Source: Parasitella parasitica NRRL 2501 (lineage: Eukaryota; Fungi; Mucoromycota). From it: 64,000 nucleotides of DNA. Positions 10,861 to 24,548 of the stretch are shown piece by piece (position 1 is the first letter of the stretch; every line of letters starts with the position of its first letter). The stretch is taken from positions 99,357 to 163,356 of the forward strand of contig MU619289.1 of assembly GCA_025201805.1 (NCBI GenBank). The letters run 5' to 3'. The notes beneath the pieces were generated by a model that was given only the letters and a program-made list of their open reading frames with translations, did no database searches and was not told the DNA's origin. The translations under genes and the position numbers were made by a program.

Positions 10861-12434
10861 GACGAATTCTAAAGGACAGAGACCGAGAAAATCAAAATCA
10901 TCATCAATTATTGCTTAATATACCTTAAACTGTCGCCTTTTTATGTCCACTACTGTTATATTACATTTATCTAATATCTTACACAAGTTGATGCAGCAAG
11001 TCAGATGTATGCCGCATCAAAAGAGCTATCAAGGCCCTACAGTGCACAAAAATCGAAAAAAAAAAAGTCTTGATATCTTCACAAAAATCAAATCTTAAAA
11101 AATTCCAATTATACCAATCCAACGTCATTTTCACTAGATTACAATGTACATCATATCCCAGTAGGTTTACTCGGTTAATTATCACAAACCATTCAGTTGT
11201 GAGCTTATTCAAGCGAATGAAAAGTATTAAAATTCCGATTTTTTTTCTACTGACAATTTTCGTTGTCCTTTCGCCCTTGTAACCCCTCATGAAAAATCGA
11301 CTTTTTACGAAAATTCAATTTTTCATCCCAAAAATGGCTTTTAAAGGGCCTACATTATGAGGTGAAATATTTGGTAAAAGCAATTCAAATTATTATAAAG
11401 CTTTAAAAGAAGATATTAAATATAAAAGTATCGAGTTTAAGGCAAGAAACGTTTTTTCGGTTAAATAATATTAGCTCGTTTTTTTTATAATAAAGGCTTT
11501 TTTATATTTATATCACTTGGTAGAGCACAAGAAATAAGACAGTTTTGTATTTTTTTTTTCCTGTTAACCTTCGAAATCCTTTCATATTACGAGAAAAGAG
11601 AAATTCTGGATCTCGTTTCGGGCAAATCTGGCCATTTTGGAAGAAAAAGAATCGAATGATTTAAAACTCAGTTAAGCAGCAATGGTCTTAAAATTGAAAT
11701 TTTTCATGTATTGTATTGTATACATTTAAGGTCGTTAACTCATTTGATCGTTTCCAAATGTTTGTGTATTTATATTTTCAGCATCTTGCCCACTCCAAAT
11801 AAAGTTTTCTCGTAAATATCTGTTCTCTATTCACGAAATTCTTCGAAACCCATTTCACAATGCCTAATGGGATCTTTTGATTACAGCAAAATCAGCAAGT
11901 GATGTTTTTTGTTTTTGACATCCAAAAAGCAAATCGGCAGGCATCTTGTCACTTGTGCCATATCATCTCTCTCTCTCTCTCTGCTATATATCGTATAAGA
12001 TATGCTAAATATCCATCCGACATGTAAAGTGAGCAGCAATATATTTATATTTTGTTACAGCGTAATGCTATACACATCTTATGCCTTAGGTTTAGAGCAC
12101 AGGTTACAAATTTGCCAATGTTGACCTTTTGATAATAACACTTCATCAGCAGAGTGTCTGTATGGTGAATTGATGAGAAACTGCACACTATAATATATAT
12201 TGCGATATCAGATTACCAAATTTCTCCTGCCTCAGAAAGAGGTTGAGTAGACGGAATGCTCTAATGTCAAGTAGAACTCAACGATTGTTGTGAAAGAGGT
12301 GTGGCGTTGTGGTAGGTATCGATATCCGTGACCTTTTATCATACACCAACACAGAGAGAGAAAAAGACATTGTTGTGCTTGGGAACCATTCGTTTTTAAC
12401 GGTATAAACCATAAAACAACATATATACAACAAG

Positions 12435-14144
12435 ATGGATTATCAAAAAACAGTTGTCAAAAAGTACGCCAAAGTCCATAGCTCAAAAAACACTGCCGAG
12501 GCAAAATATTGGAAGAGATTCAAGGCATGTATTGTAGCTTTTTTTTTTTTATTTTTTTATTTTTTTATTTTAATGAATGTGTCAAACATTAATGGTTTTA
12601 ACACTTTAGTCACCAATTGTCATTAAAGAATTTGCCAGCGTATCGTCTATTTTCTTCTCGCCAGTTGCACCATACGACTTTGCGGTTACTTCATCGACCC
12701 ATGTGCAAATCTACTCTTCTAAAACGCATCAGCCCAAGAAGACTATTTCTCGATTCAAAGACATTGCTTATTCGGGTGACTTTCGGCAAGATGGCAAATT
12801 GATCGTTGCTGGCGATGCTACAGGCCTGGTTCAAATGTTTGACGGCGGCTCTCGTGCTATCTTGAGATCGTTTAAAGGACACAGTTTGTATGCGTGTTGT
12901 TTTACGAGTCCATGTTATTGTTCATGTGTTGAACTTTTCTTTGTAGGCCTACACAAGTGACACATTTCTCTACCAACAAATCCAACATTTTATCTGCATC
13001 AGACGACAAAACTGTTCGCATCTGGGATATTCCATCTGGAGAGAGCGTTAACGTATTTGAGGAACACGACGATTATGTTAGAGCTGGTATTGTTAGCCAA
13101 GATAACCCCAATTTGGTTGTGAGTGGCTCGTACGATCAGACAGTCAAATTATGGGATATGAGACAGCGAGAAAGCGTAATGACAATGAACCACGGAGCAC
13201 CTATCGAATCGCTTTTGATATATCCCAACGGAGGTGCTGTTATATCGTCTGGTGGACCAGCTATCAAAGTATGGGATTTATTGAGCGGCGGACGCTGCAT
13301 GCATACGTTGGGTAATCACCAAAAGACAGTTACCAGCATGTGCTTTGATGGATCAGCATCTCGTTTGGTGACAGGTTCACTAGATCAACATGTCAAGATT
13401 TACGACGTCCAAGATTACAAGGTTGTGCACAGTGTCAAATACCCTGCTCCCATCCTCAGTGTTGGACTCTCGCCTGACGATACCCATCTTGCAGCTGGTA
13501 TGTCAAATGGCCTACTATCCATTCGCCAACGCCAAATCAAATCATCCGAAAAAGCGATAAAGAAGCAGAATCAGGACTACATTCGAGCAGGTACTTATAA
13601 ATACTTTATGCGTGGGCAATCGAATACGGCGGCCAAAGATGATTTTGTTGTGGAGCATACAAAGAGACAAAGGTTGAAAAAGTACGATCAGTTTATGAAA
13701 GCCTTCCAGTACTCGAATGCCTTGGACGAAGTTTTGCGAGTTAGCATTCAGACGCCAGTAGTGGTTGCTGCCGTGCTTCAAGAGTTGATCCATCGCGACG
13801 GTCTAAAGCAAGCGATCACGGGCCGTGATGATGTGTCGTTAGAGCCATTGATGCGCTTCTTGATTAGAAACATTCACCACCCTAGATTCACAAACCTGCT
13901 GGTCGATGTATCTGAAGCGGTTATTGGTAAGTTCTGATAGAGATAAACGGACAATTTTGACTGATTGTGTATCAAAGATTGCTACACTCGTGTGTTTGGT
14001 CAATCGCCACTCGTTGACGACCTGTTATCACGCCTAACATTAAAAGTTCAGCAAGAAATACAACTTCAAAAAGACCTTATTGAAACCATGGCAACTTTAG
14101 ATATGCTGTTTACCAAGTCGGGCTCTGCCAGTGTTAACAAGTAA
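12435..14144 (+). CDS. UTP15: U3 snoRNP/SSU processome WD40 protein UTP15
   Basis: AEAKYWKRFK, FRQDGKLIVAGD, WD repeats (SASDDKTVRIWD, SGSYDQTVKLWD), C-terminal UTP15 domain 'LKKYDQFMKAFQYSNALD...ELIHRDGLKQAITGRD'. Confidence 0.95.
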
Positions 14145-14318
14145 ATAATAAAACACCCTTGTGCATGATGTTTTTAGTCATGCCAAATTCTTCATGTGAA
14201 ATGCTTGCTTCTGTTTTCGGACCTTCAAGCCATGTATAATTCATGACAAAGATCATTTCTCTTTTTCCCATATCCTTTTCCTTTTCTTCTCGTCAAGAAC
14301 AAAATCAGTACATAATAA

Positions 14319-15508
14319 ATGTCTCCATATCAATACGAAACCGTTAAAGTAGACGTCTCTGCTGAAGGCGTCGCTCATGTACAATTGCACAGGCCCAAGA
14401 AACTAAATGCCTTCAATGACCAGTTAAGTACACAGACTGCAGCTCGCCAATTCAAGAGGATCCATTAACTGTTTCGTTATGTATGTGCATTAGACTTGTT
14501 TCCGATGTCAGAAAGGCATTCCAAGACATCTCGGTTGATAGCAATGTATTCTCTGTTGTTGTTTCTGGCACCGGTCGCATGTTTACTGCCGGTTTAGATT
14601 GTACGTAGAATGACAGTCGAGACGTATGAAATTTAAACATTTTTGTATTGTAGTGTCTGAGACTAGTTTAAATAGCCAAGATAGCACAGATCCTGCCCGT
14701 GCTGCTTGGAAAATTCGCTCTCATATCCAGGGTTTCCAGGCTGCTTTCACCGCCATTGAAGAATGCTCCAAGCCTGTGATTGCAGCAGTCCACGGCGCCT
14801 GTTTCGGTGCTGGTGTTGATTTGATCACTGCATGTGATATCCGTTACTGTGCAAAGGATTCATTCTTCTGCGTCAAGGAAGTTGACGTTGGCCTCGCTGC
14901 TGATGTTGGCTCTCTTCAACGCCTCCCCAAAGTAATTGGCAACAACAGCTTGGTTCGTGAACTCTGCTTTACTGGTCGCAAGTAAGTTGTTTGTGGTATC
15001 GTCGTCACCACACAGACCGCTTAACGTTTTTGTGTCTACATAGTATGTATGCTGCTGAAGCGTTGCAATGTGGATTTGTCAATAAAGTAGCTGCAGACCA
15101 AGAAGCCGTGTTGGGTAAGCAACTTTTAATCACCATGCATCGCAATTCCTTGAAATAATATCTAAAATACAATACAGCCGAAGCCTTCAAAACGGCCAAA
15201 CTCATTGCCTCCAAGTCTCCAATTGCTGTTTTGGGTACAAAGTACAGTAGCATTTACAGCATCACATCTTATGTTCACGACTAATTTGTGTGATACAATA
15301 GGCACCTGTTGAACTACTCTCGCGATCACTCGGTTGCTGAAGGTTTGAACTATACCGTTGCATGGAATCAAGGCATGCTCAACACTGAGGTTTGTAACAC
15401 AGCAGATGAAAAATGAAAAGCAAATCAACTCAAGCTGCATAATAGGACATCCCTCTCTCGATTCAGGCCTTTGTCACCAAGAAGCCTGCCACTTATTCTA
15501 AGCTTTAA
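14319..15508 (+). CDS. ECH1: Peroxisomal delta(3,5)-delta(2,4)-dienoyl-CoA isomerase (crotonase family), many short exons
   Basis: HVQLHRPKKLNAF, FTAGLD, KPVIAAVHGACFGAGVDLITACDIRYC, VKEVDVGLAADVGSLQRLPKVIGN, ASKSPIAVLGTK; ends ...YSKL* (PTS1). Confidence 0.92.
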
Positions 15509-16031
15509 TTACCTGATTTTTTTTTTTTTTTTTTTTTTTTTTNNNNNNNNNNNNNNNNNNNNNNNNNNNNNNNNNNNNGAATAAAATGTGTTGCATGTAT
15601 CGTACCAGTGCAAGTCCTGCCAGATGAGAGCTTGCAATGTAACAGCAAGGCTGACTGGAGGCTTTATGCATTCGTATTACTTGGAGATTGTCCAGCCTGC
15701 CATGATTAATGAAAATTGGGTCTCTCATGTCTCTTGCAAGTTCCGTCGACATGCAATGGGTTGTGCCATTCCAAAGGAAACATGGTCACAGGGAGCGTAG
15801 AATGGAATCAAGTTGACGAAAAGCACACAGTGATTGCACACACATACACACACACACCACATTGACTGACATCAGCGAACCTCAAACAGATATTTATCAA
15901 AAACATACACACGCAGCACATTTGATTTTTTTTTTCTTCTTTCTATTTGCATCGCTCTTTCCGGTCAAGTATACATAAACACATACATACATATATATAT
16001 ATAATATACATACATATATATATAAAGGCCA

Positions 16032-19000
16032 ATGTCGCATCGTATATCAACTTTGGAGAGCACAGGCTCATCACCTATTACGCCAGCACAGCTGAAAACA
16101 TTTCTGACTGAAGCGCCTCTCATGTTCAAAAGTAAGCTTCACAGAGGCGCCGAGAAGCAGATTCTCACAAACTGCTACCGCTCATTGTGGAGCAACGACC
16201 TGGACCTATTGCAGCGATACTTTTTCAAGGAGGGCTTATCTGACAGCGACAATCTGTCGCAACTGCTTGAAAAATACAACCTTTTTGGCTCTGAACATGA
16301 AGACCACGATACAGACAGAGACGACGAACAATTACCGAATCAGCAAAGTCTGGGCAGAGGCAGCAACGATGAACCAGAGTACTGGGAGAGCCAACGAGGC
16401 AAACAATGCGGCCATCTGTTCAAAAAGGGAGAGAGTGTCTATCGCTGCAGGTAATAGACGACTGTTCGTGACATGGCATTGACGCAACATTTCGCTGATA
16501 CTCTGTACTAGGAACTGCGGTTTGGATGACACGTGTGTCATGTGCTCCAAGTGCTTCCATTCAACAAACCACGACGGCCATGATGTCAAAATCTGGATTA
16601 GTAGAGGCGCTGGCGGCTGCTGTGATTGTGGCGACCCAGAAGCGTGGAAAATACCTTTGGTTTGTGCCATCCATTCACTAGACGCTGATTCAGCTATACC
16701 CGAGACATCCGCTCATCAATTGGAACCATTATCGTCTGTACCACCTAGCATTATCCAGTCGATTCGTGAGACTATCACAGTTGTGGCAGACTACATACTA
16801 GAGACATTTGCTACGTCTCCCGAAGATGTCGTCTCTGTCGGCACTGTTGAATCTATCAGGCAAGACTGCATCGATTCCCACGAAGCTTTGGGCTTGCCTT
16901 CAGATGCGCCCAACCAAACCTACGCTTGTATCTTGTGGAATGACGAAAAGCACTCGTTTGATAGTGTCATCAACATTGTTGTCAACGCAGTGGGGTGCAC
17001 CAAAGACCAAGCAGCTCATGCAGCAGAATGTGTTGATATATACGGCCGTCATATCATCAAAGAGTCGACAGACATTGCAGATCTCATTCGCATAGCTGAA
17101 ACTGTCAGCTCCATCAATCTTGCAGTAACTATATGCTCCTCACAAAAGACGGTTCGTGAGGAAATATCGGGCTTGTTGCTAGATTGGCTCAAAGAGCTAA
17201 CAGGAGGCCGTTACAAATTCTTCAACAATGTGGATGGCGGTAACTGCATTATACGCGACATTATCTGCCAAGTGTTTTCCACAGATTGGAGTCTTCGTCC
17301 TGAACTTGCCTGTTTATCTACTCGCTACAGAAGAGAAAGAATGCCAGAGGATGAAAACGACGAGTTTGACTTGGATGGCGCAGATGCAGACATGGACGAC
17401 GATGACCAAGACCAGGACATGTTGTTTGAAGACATGGATGAAATCAACCAAGATGCTCTGCTAGATGAGGATCAATTAGACGACTTTTTAAATATTCTTC
17501 AAAGCACACAAAACGGTGAAGAGGAAGAGGACGAGGAAGAGGATCAAGAGGATTCTGCCCAAGAGGATTCTGATGAAGATGAAGATTCTCAAGACATGTA
17601 TCATGACCCTGACAATTTGGCTGCTGCTCGGCCAGATCACCACAATTCTGACATGGAGACTGACGAGATGGACAGCGCCCCGTCCATACCCAGTGAAGCT
17701 TTATCAAGAAGAAGACAGAGCGATGCACCAAATCAGCCCTCGACTTCTGCTTCTACCAGCAATCAGGGCCGCAATATCGAGGTTCTTAAACGTAGACGAC
17801 TGTCAGCGTCTTCCCAGTCAAAGTCTTCCAAAACACAGAAGCCCCGCGATATCTTGGACATGGATTGGAGTCTGGATGCTTGGCTTGAGCATACAGAACG
17901 GCTGGAAGCTGAGGAGAGATCAATCACAAAGGAGTTACTTGTTCCAAATCAAGACACCGCATGCACTGATAAGGATGTTGCCAACACAAGCCTTGTCAAT
18001 GCCAATTTGAAAAAGGAATTCAGACGCAAACTACGCCTAGATTATTTGCTGCAGTTTGATTTACGTTTGTGGAAGACTGCCCGTGTCAGCATCAAGGATT
18101 TACTCATCGGCACCTTTATTTCCAATTTCCAATACAGGCCTGTGCTTGGTACTCGATTTGCCCGCAATTACCCAGAACTAGTGGATGCCTTCTTTTTCAA
18201 GGATAGAGAACCCGAAAACTCAGTAAGCACATTGTCAGTACAGCTTTTGACGGTTCCTACGGTAGCTTCAATGCTTGTTAAACAATACAAGTTCTTTGGC
18301 ATTGTATGCTCTATTCTCGAAAATTTCTTCTTGACAGATCACGTTCTGATGGTTCTGCCTGAAGAATACGTCCGCGCTCAAGTGGATTGCTCGTCAAGAG
18401 CTATTGGCCGCCATCGCTATGCTTACACGATTTTCGACCTCAGATATGTCATGAATGCTGAACAAGTCAAGGTCGAAATTTCCAAGAATCCTATATATCT
18501 TCGCCATTTCATGGATATGCTGTATCAGTTCCAAGAAATGGACGCCTTAAAACGACAAGTCGACACCCATGTGGAATTCGAATCGGAATCGTGGGTGACA
18601 GCCTTCAACATGACATTGCAGACCTCGAAATTGTGTCGTTTATTTGCTGGGTGCTTTGATTCCACCGAAAGTTCCATGGCTGAAGCGTCGCGCAATCTTT
18701 GTCGATCTATTTACCGCGTATTGAAAGAGATATCAGAATGGAAGCCGGTTCTAGTGCCACGCAAAGCAGGCGAGCAAATGCTGCCTGAAACACGCACGGT
18801 CATCAAGAGCTTAGACGAGCAAGAATTTCATCAGCTCAGTGCATTCAATACTGGGGACTATGAGATTGTAAAATACGACATTGCCTGCAGCCCTGTATCT
18901 TTCCACCATCCCTTTCACTGGCTACTATCAGAGCTATTTGAGAATGTGTCTCTTTTGCATCAAGGCGTCCTGAATGAACTTGGTTGGCTAGGAGGATTCA

Positions 19001-22000
19001 AACAAATGGTGAACAATGCCTTGGACAACAAGGATCACGATATGTTTTTGATGGCCTTGGAGTATCCCATCAGAACTATTGCATTGCTCTCACAGATCAA
19101 CTGCGGTGTTTGGGTTAGAAATGGCTATGCAATTAGAAACCAAGTAAGTAGTCCCTCTGTAGCAGTGTATTGAATGAAACTAAAGTAGCTATCTAGGCTC
19201 ATTCGTACAGAGACGTCAATGTTCGGGAAAGCACGTTGGATTGCGACATATACTTGCTTCAAGTTGGCCTTACAGTTTGTGATAGTAACCAGATGTTACT
19301 GACTTTGATGGACCGCTTCCAACTGATGGATTGGTTTAGAGGCAAGCCAAAGAAGCATAATAACTATGATTCGAGTCAGACGGTGTATATGGTCGAAGAT
19401 TTCCTCAATCTTTTGATTATTTGCGCTATTGAGCATGGATATGCATCGGGCACCAAGACTGAGGAGCGTATTCGCCAGTCCATCATTCAATTCTTGGGCA
19501 TTTCTAGTATGGCCTACTCTGAACTTTTGAAGCTCATACCCGAAAGTTTGACAGAGCACGAATCATTTGAAACGCAACTAAATACAATCGCCAATTACAA
19601 AGCGCCTGATGGTTTAAGCGATAAAGGGCTGTATGAGATAAAGCCAGAGTACTTGGATGAGATTGAGCCCTTTTACTGGCATTACACTCGTAACCAACGG
19701 GAAGAAGCTCAGAACGCGTTGAAAAAACGCTGGAATCAACTCCACCCAGACGAAAAGCTGGGTGACAATGAAGAGTTTTTGCTGATGCCACATAGCAAGC
19801 GTATCGAAGTGGGTCCATTCAGACATCTAGGAAAATTTCTGCATTCTCATGTGCTCTGCCAAATCATTGCCTATGCGCTATGGAACTCCAAATTCCACAA
19901 ACAATCCAAAAGCGATACCATTTTGGACGAGGCGCTCTATCTTGGCATGCTCGCTGTCACAGATCCCAATAGTTCTGCAAGCGAAGTAGCTGCTATGAAG
20001 GCTAAGGGCAAGAACAGGGCCGATGTTGTCATTGATGAATCCAACACCAAGCATTTTATCGACTTTGCCGAAAGCGACGAGTACTCTATTCAAATCAACG
20101 AGATCGAAAAGACGCATGCCTCCTTGCTGCTGATCCTGTTGCGTTGCTTGGAAGACGCCGACTTGGCTCATGCTCACAAGCGTTTAGGTACTATTGTTGA
20201 CAAGATTGAAGCACATTGTTCCGATGCTTCCAAGGATATTATTCACGACTGGAAAGAGAGGAAATCTAGAGAGACAAAGGCTGAAGTAGAGCGTGCAGGC
20301 GGTGCGAGCACTTCCGAGTACGAGCGAAAGAAGGCAGCTGCTAAAGCTAGACAGGCAGTCATCATGTCCCAATTTGCCAATGCTCAATCCAAGTTCATGG
20401 AGCAGCACGCTGATCTTTACAAAACCGAAGAAGACGAGGATGCAAAAGAGACATACAAGGACGTGTCTGTCGAAAATAATGAGCTGTCCACTGAAGATGA
20501 CCTCGAAATTGTGCGCAAATGCCACTTTCCAGCCGATACGTGTATTGTGTGCCAGGAAGAACTGGACAACACCAAGCTATACGGAATGCTTGGCCTCATC
20601 CAACAGACAAATATCCATCGCCTGTCGCCCCTCAACAACAAGGATGTTCTGGCAGACATCTTGGAGGCGAGCCAGCATGTTAATCCTTATCACTCTCGAC
20701 CTGAAACCTCAAACAAAACGCCTCTTTTTAACGGCTTTCCTACTGATGCTCATGCCAATGGTCTAGATATCTCATCTTGTGGCCATCTCATGCACTCCGA
20801 GTGCTTTGATACGTATCAAAGATCTGTAGAAAATCAGATCTTAGGCGATCTCACTAGGATGTTCCCCCTGTCAGCCTCTCCAAAGAGTCGATTCCTCTGT
20901 CCTCTCTGCAAAGCATTGGGTAACGTTCTGGTGCCTATCGTTTGGAAGGGCAAAAAAGAAGCTTACCCGGGCGTTATGGTGCCCTCTACGCCCTATGCAG
21001 ACCTGAGGAAGGCTATCGACGACGCTGCTGCTGATCTGAAAATGAGCTTTAAGCAATTCCCTGGCGCTTTTGACGAAGAACCACCGTTTGTGAATAACGA
21101 TCCTGACTTGATGATCAGCGACCAAGACAAACTGAAGCTCATTTACAATCAACTGATCAAAGTGATGCATGTTACTCTGAATCCTCAGTTGCACACGTGG
21201 AATTTGTCTGAATCCATCCAAAATCTGCAAGACATGTATGCCTACACCATCGCAGACTTTGAAATCGCTCAAAGAGGCACTCAAGGCACCCGAGCAAGAG
21301 ACCTCACGGTTGAGCATACAGGCACCTTTATCGACGACATTTCTAGTATCTCGCAAACACTGTTGAAGATCCTCGGCATGACCAATCTGCTGATCCAGAA
21401 CTTGATGAATTCTCCATGGCTGGCCGAAGACAGATTTACAAAGGAGAGACTAGCTTTGCAGGCAATGAATCAGTTCATCCCCAATATATCTACTCATCTG
21501 ATTGATGATATGGTTGAAGCTGATGCTTTGACGCCTCTCCTTGCTGACGATCCCTTTAAAGCCCTTGTTCGCCTAAGTTTCTCGACGGCTGAGGCACCTG
21601 CAGTCGAAATCCATCACTTGTTGCGCTCTACCTACATTGCCGAGCTGACCAAAACTGTTATTTTCCTTGTTCGCAGTATGCCGGAAATCGAAAAACTGGC
21701 CAAAGATGCTACTATTAGCCAGCTCTTGCAGACACTCAACACCGAAAAGCAGCAATCCCCTGGAGCAGAAGGTATCCAGCAGTTTGTCAGCTACGTGCTG
21801 GGGCTTTTGAAGGTGCCCCAGACTACCATTGACGAATTCTTTCAGCTGGTAAACCCAGAAGCCTTTGTTGCTCTTGTTCGCACCTTTGTTCTTTCCTTTT
21901 TACGCAAAGCACTCTTGTTTATGGTCGTTCACCATGGATTTATTCCTCAGAATCCATCAGACAATCTGGAAGAAAAGAGCGAATTTGATGGCATTTTAGA

Positions 22001-22639
22001 TATACTAAGACTGCCTGCCTTGGATTCCGTTTTTGATTTGCAGCCCTTTGAACAGGATTTGGTCAGCGGCTGGTGTCAGGATTATCTGACTCGTGAAGCA
22101 CCAAAGATCTCTCTCAATCTGCCAACTCAATTCAAAATGGCCGTCCTTCCCAATAGATTGGACCAACTGCTGGATGAAAGCTCTAAACGCGTGTGTAAAA
22201 AGTGCAAGACGGTGCCAGAGCATTCAGCTATCTGTTTGATTTGCGGCACCTTTGTCTGTGCTCGTCGCTTCTGCTGTACAGAAGGAACCAAAGGAGAGTG
22301 CAACACACACATGAAGAGGTAAGTTGAATGGCATTAGCACAGCTTGAGTCAGAGTTCTCAATTTGTCGTAATAGCTGTGGTGGCGAGATTGGTATTTACA
22401 TTATGATCAAGGACTGTTTCTTGCTACTTTTGCATGACAATGGAGGAAGTATCATGAATGCACCCTATTTAGATAGTCATGGCGAGGCAGACATCTTCTT
22501 TAAGCGTGGTGCTCCTCAATTCTTGAACGCAAAGCGATATGAACAAATTCGACAAATGTGGTTAACTCAGTCAATACCAGCATTTGTAAGAAGAAGAATG
22601 GAACTAGCTTATAGTGGCACTGTTTGGGAAGCGTTTTAA
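16032..22639 (+). CDS. UBR1: N-end-rule E3 ubiquitin ligase UBR1 (4 exons)
   Basis: UBR box ([26 protein letters not shown]...GGCCDCGDPEAW), ClpS-like LWNDEKHSF, WVRNG, RING-H2 (CIVCQE...SSCGHLMHSECF...FLCPLCKALGN), C-terminal APYLDSHGEAD. Confidence 0.97.
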
Positions 22640-22685
22640 ATTCTATTAAATATGTGTATTTATCATATTTCTATGCATCATTGAC

Positions 22686-23443
22686 TTAAAAGCCTATAAA
22701 ATAAAAACCAATACATTAATACAGTTGTACATATAGATATACTTATATCAAAAGCCCTTACAGCATTGACAATCAAAAGGACATTCCGGTGTATCCAAAC
22801 CATTTCCAATGTTCAAATCTTTCACATCATAAAGGGGATATCCATCTTCTGTAGTACGGTCTATAACATTGTTTTATCAGAAAATTGAATCCATGGTCAA
22901 TAACTTTTGCTCACTTGTTTTCTTGATGCCTCGAGAATCAGCAAATGTATCATCAGGAATTGATGGAGGTGCAGCACGCTTCTTTGAGGGCTTGCTGCTC
23001 TTCACAGCGGCCAGTTCAGCAAAAATAACCTCTTCGACCTTTTTAAACTGATCCTCTGTCAACTCATCCTGTTCTTCCTCTTCTTCTTCAGGCTGGGTTT
23101 GCTCTTCATGTTCAGATGTTTTAGATTTCTTTGCAGCCTTTCTCTTGGCATTCTTTGACAAGACTGGCTCCTTTTCAATCATTTCTCCTTTGATTTTTTT
23201 GGTATCAAAGATATCATCAATTTCAGAAGCATCTGTGATCTTTTTTTTCTTGAAAATATCCTCAATTTCATTTGCACCACTTGATACATGTTTTCCTTTT
23301 TTGTGTGCTGTCGCTTTATTGATACCAGCACTTTTGATGGAGATCTCTTTCTTAGTAGACGTCTTTTTGATATCTAAATTTGTGTTGATTGGAATACTCT
23401 TGGCTTGGCGAATCGACTACATACCTTGTGGTTGTTTTGCCAT
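22686..23443 (-). CDS. DUF1764-family lysine-rich protein
   Basis: NEIEDIF, FADSRG, TEDGYPLYDVKDLNIGNGLDTPECPFDCQCCF* (final residues on a tiny last exon). Confidence 0.85.
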
Positions 23444-24261
23444 GGTAATGTTGAAATTTATGCGAAAATTTGTGATGAGACCAGAAGAAAAGTTGATTAC
23501 TATGCTGAAAGTCTTTCAAGTCCTTTCTGTAAGCCACATGATTTCGACTTGTTTGGCACGACAGCATAAAAACAAGCAATCCAAATCTGAATATCTTATG
23601 GTGTGCCATCAAAGACAATTATCACTTGGATGCCCCCATTCAAAATTCGTGGATTGTCATATAAGTCGAAGATTATCAAGAGCAAGCAAAAATTTATGAC
23701 ATTGAACATCAAAATCAAAACCCTAAATTACATTGGATAGCCAAGACACAAAAGTATAATTTATACAATCTTTTATTTACAAGTACACATATTAGCAAAA
23801 ATAACTGCAAAGAAATTCAAGTCAGTGAAATGAATGAGGAAAGACAATAAGAAACAAAATAAGTGATAATCAGCAAGTTTATTAAAATCCTAGAAACCAC
23901 GGAAAGACAAGACTTCTAGAGATTATCCGCCTACTGTGCAATCAATAGGCATCCAAAATTTCGAAAGACTTGCCCCCACCCCTCAACGATAGAAACAAGA
24001 GTTGTTCTAAGCCTCGAAGAACTCAAGGAAAAGTTTCCCTCCTGCTCTGGTGTCGAAAAGATGTGGGCCTCACATCATAGAATGGATATAACTTGTTCTC
24101 ATCCTTTAAGAAACACTTATTTTGCTTCATAAAAAATAGAAAACAAACTTACCAAACACAGCGTAGCCAAGTCTCGTTTTCAATAAAGAAAAACAGAAAC
24201 TACAATGAATAATTAATAAACTATTTCCAAGAATATACTTGCAATATTGTGTAAAAAAAAG

Positions 24262-24347
24262 TATGCGTCAGGAAGCGATAGAGTCATTGTCGTCACAGCT
24301 AATCAGAAGCAGAACTGACGTTTGTACTTTGATTTCATCATAACATA
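24262..24347 (-). ncRNA. snR61: Box C/D snoRNA, snR61/U38-like
   Basis: Box C ATGATGA, D' CTGA, C' GTGACGA, D CTGA, terminal stem TATGT/GCATA. D' guide CGTCAGTTCTGCTT is antisense to LSU rRNA AAGCAGAACUG(G)CG. The +5 rule hits the A equivalent to yeast Am1133. Confidence 0.88.
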
Positions 24348-24548
24348 AAATTTTTTTACACAACATTGGAGCAACGTGTTTGTAGAATGATTTTTACCTT
24401 GCGCAAACACGATGAGGAACATTGCTAAAAAGAAACCAGCAGAATGACGGAATAAACCCCCAAATTGAATCAAGAATGATCAGATTTACTATACGAGAAA
24501 AAATCAATTAGTAAATCGATTCAAAATATGATAAAAAGTATAATGATA

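Noticed and set aside
11032-11351. TA+CAGTG motif and AGGCCCT/AGGGCCT inverted pair as MITE ends
   Set aside because: Only 7 bp of inverted match, and I found no matching opposite terminus.
12298-12347. A-box-like TGGCGTTGTGGTAG as a tRNA gene
   Set aside because: No B box (GTTCGA) and no cloverleaf.
15811-15821. AGTTGACGAAA matching the Fanzor element terminus
   Set aside because: 11-nt match without the terminal C/TA or further homology; plausible by chance.
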